NCBI GenBank assembly: GCA_918797485.1
Contig: CAKKNE010000003.1
Span: 5,208,001 to 5,272,000, forward strand
Length of the DNA: 64,000 nt
From: Pelagomonas calceolata
Taxonomy: Eukaryota
Direction: 5' to 3'
Program-made: the position numbers and the translations under genes
Part shown: positions 61,701 to 64,000 of the stretch, piece by piece
Position numbering within the stretch: position 1 is the first letter of the stretch
Layout: each line of letters opens with the position of its first letter
The notes under the pieces: model-generated
What the model was told of the DNA's origin: nothing
Database searches by the model: none
The model's input: the letters and a program-made list of their open reading frames with translations, nothing else

Positions 61701-64000
61701 GCGCGACGATCGCGCCCGTTTCGGCGTCGGCCGTCACGCCGCACGCGTCGTTGCCGAACGCGCAGCTCCACGTCTCCGCCAGCGGCGCCGACCTGTCGTC
61801 GGGGTCGTAGCTCGCGCTCGCCACGGCCACCGCGCCGTCGGCGAGGGGCACGGTCCGGTCGCCCCCGTCCACGCGCGCCACCAGCGCCGACCGCTCGACG
61901 CGCAGCCGCACCGAACCGTTCGTCGCGAAGCCGTACGCGTCGTCGACGACGGTCGCGACCAGGTCGTACGCGCCCGGCGCGAGCGCGCCGGCGCCCGCCG
62001 CGAACTTGCGCGCGTCCCGTGAGCTCGACGCGAGGGGGAGCCTGGCGCCAGTGACCGCATCCACGACGTCCCAGGCGTACGAGACCGCTCGTCCGCTCAT
62101 CGGCCGGCCGTCGCACGACGTCGCGACGCCGCGCGCGTCCACCTCGACGCCGTCGGCCACCAGGACCGTCCGCTCGCGCGCGCCGACGAACGTGAGCGTG
62201 GGCGGCGTGCCGCCCTGGACCTTGACGCGCACGGCGGCCTCGGCCGTGCCTGCGGAGTCGCGCGTGGTTGCCTCGACGAACGCGCGCGTCTCTCTCGCTT
62301 CGTCCGCCGGCCCCGCCGCTTCGTGTCCGCGCCGCGCGCGCGCCGCCGAGGAAGTTCGCCAGCTCGAGGCGCACGTCGAGCGAGGACACGTTCAGGTGAG
62401 ATGCGTTCAGGACCAGCTCGTACCACTTGGTCGCGGTCGACGGCACGGCCGCCCAGGCGGCGCCGGGCTCCGCGATCGACCACGCCACCGTCGTGAAGTC
62501 GCGCCCGCCGGAGCCGCCGCTCTGGAGCGCCGACACAAAGCCACCCTCGCAGCGCGACACCGTCTCGGGCGCCTCGAGGACGATCGCCGGAGCGGGCGGA
62601 TTCTCGGGCGGCAGGACGACGGTGCGGCTGGCGTTCGCGTAGGGGTGGCACGCGCAGGCCCGGGGCGCCGGCGCGCCCACGACGCAGGCGCGCCGCAGGA
62701 CGCCGCCCAGCGCCGTCGCGTTGTCGCCCGGCACGATCGCGGCGCTCGCGACGTCCGCGCGGACCGTCCGCTCGTCGGACCAGTAGCACGTCGCGTCCGT
62801 CGCCCCGGGGAAGTCCAGAATGGAGCCACAGGCGAACGCGATCCCGACGCCGCCGCCGCCCAAATCGGTCTCGGCGTCCCACGCCACGTCGACGGTCGCG
62901 CCCGAGTCGTCGAAGACGACCTCGACGACACGCGGGGGCGGGTCGTCGGCGTCGCAGCCGACCGTCGGCGCGGCCGTCGGCGCGACGCTCTGCGGCCTGG
63001 CCGTCGGCGTCGGCGTCGACGGCCCGGGCGTCGGGCCGGGCGTCGGGTCCGGGAACGCGACGACGACGGTCAGCGGCACGACGGTCGCAAAGGCCGCCGA
63101 CCGCGTGCGCAGGCGGTGCGCCAGCACGCCCGTCGCAAGCGCCGCGTCCAGATCCGCGGCGAGGTCCGCCGAGGACCGCCGCGACAGCATCTCGAAGAGG
63201 ACCGTCGTCGCGGGCGCGTCGTCGAGGCGCCGGCGCCGGCGCGCGTCCGTCGCGCCGGTCACGGTGACGGTCGTCTCGTTCATCGTCGCCTCGAGGCCCT
63301 CCTCGAAGCTCGCCACGACGTCCGCGTCGTCGAAGTCGCCCGCGGCGACGCCCTCCATCGAGAGCGAGCCGGTCGACGTCGCGAGCGCGCGCGTCGGCAG
63401 CGCCGTGGGCCAGGCCGTCGTCGGCGGCGCCGTCGGCGGCGGGGTCGACGCGGCGCTCGGCGGGGTCGTCGGCGCGCGCGACCTGCGCGGGGGTCTCTCT
63501 CTCTCTCTCCGTCGTCTGCGCGGACCGACGGCGTCTGTTGGCACCGGCACCGACGGCGCCGACGTCGGCGCCGACGTCGGGGCCGAAGACGGCGCGGCCG
63601 TCGGAAGCGACGTGGGCGCAAGCGTCGGCAGGGGCGTCGGCGGGCCCGTCGGCACGGCCGTGGGCGCAAGCGTCGGCGCGGCCGACGGCCTGCGCGGGCG
63701 ACGTCTCTGTTCGGCGCCCCTCGACGTTCGACGCCGAGTCGGACGGTGGGCTCAAGTCCTGGTAGAGGACGTCGATCTGCCAGGCGGCCAGGGCGCCCCG
63801 GTAGACGTAGACCTCGTCCACGGCGCCGGAGAGCGTGTGCGACCCGTTGACGTCCGCGCCCACGTAGAGCGCGGAGGCGCTCGTGTTGACGGTCGCGTTC
63901 CAGCTCGTTTCCCTTTGACCGTCCACGTACAACGTCACGTTCCGCCGGACGTACGTCAGGCAGTAGTGGCGCCACGTGCCGATCCAAGGGCTGCTCTTCG
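55719..64000 (-). CDS. Large multi-exon polycystin-1/REJ-like membrane protein; 5' end lies beyond the window, exon limits not fully resolved
   Basis: In order: LamG-like domain (TLYVDGQ, LYVG, GAVDEVYVYRGAL), PT-rich repeats, REJ-like region (ASASYDPDD, LVPGATYAFSL, PPTAGVLRVAPEAG..TKFEL, LPLTYAF), GPS-like CVGW..W...C...CVC, TM segments, a WW domain near 57990-58076, and further TMs. Confidence 0.75.

Noticed and set aside
1..64000. tRNA, rRNA or snRNA genes
   Set aside because: None recognised by eye. A covariance-model search would be needed to exclude them.

Overview
GC-rich, gene-dense eukaryotic nuclear DNA. Very high GC3 coding regions, plastid-targeting presequences and transposon-derived introns suggest a pelagophyte stramenopile such as Aureococcus; this is inferred, not verified. 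About 22 genes or pseudogenes are supported. They include BRR2, CSN3, a Sec1/Munc18 protein, a CaMK-type kinase, plastid RsmI, PTRHD1, a MECR-like reductase, a histone-fold protein, a NYN-domain protein, several glycosyl- and sulfotransferases, a duplicated EFHC/Rib72-like gene, a RING plus reelin-repeat membrane protein and a partial polycystin/REJ-like receptor. Four non-coding patterns stand out. (1) About 10 introner-type introns (TIR plus 8-bp target duplication, donor GT/GC taken from the duplication) form an apparent age series. One is spliceable on both strands, and one is present in a kinase fragment but absent from the intact paralog. (2) A TACCTACGGTAC/GTAC-rich motif cluster lies upstream of about half of the genes. 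(3) A rearranged 12-24 kb block holds a 2.4-kb duplication enclosing a low-GC sulfotransferase and two palindrome-rich MITEs. (4) CpG-poor, TpA-rich interspersed repeats occupy the spacers. All exon models and family assignments were made by eye.
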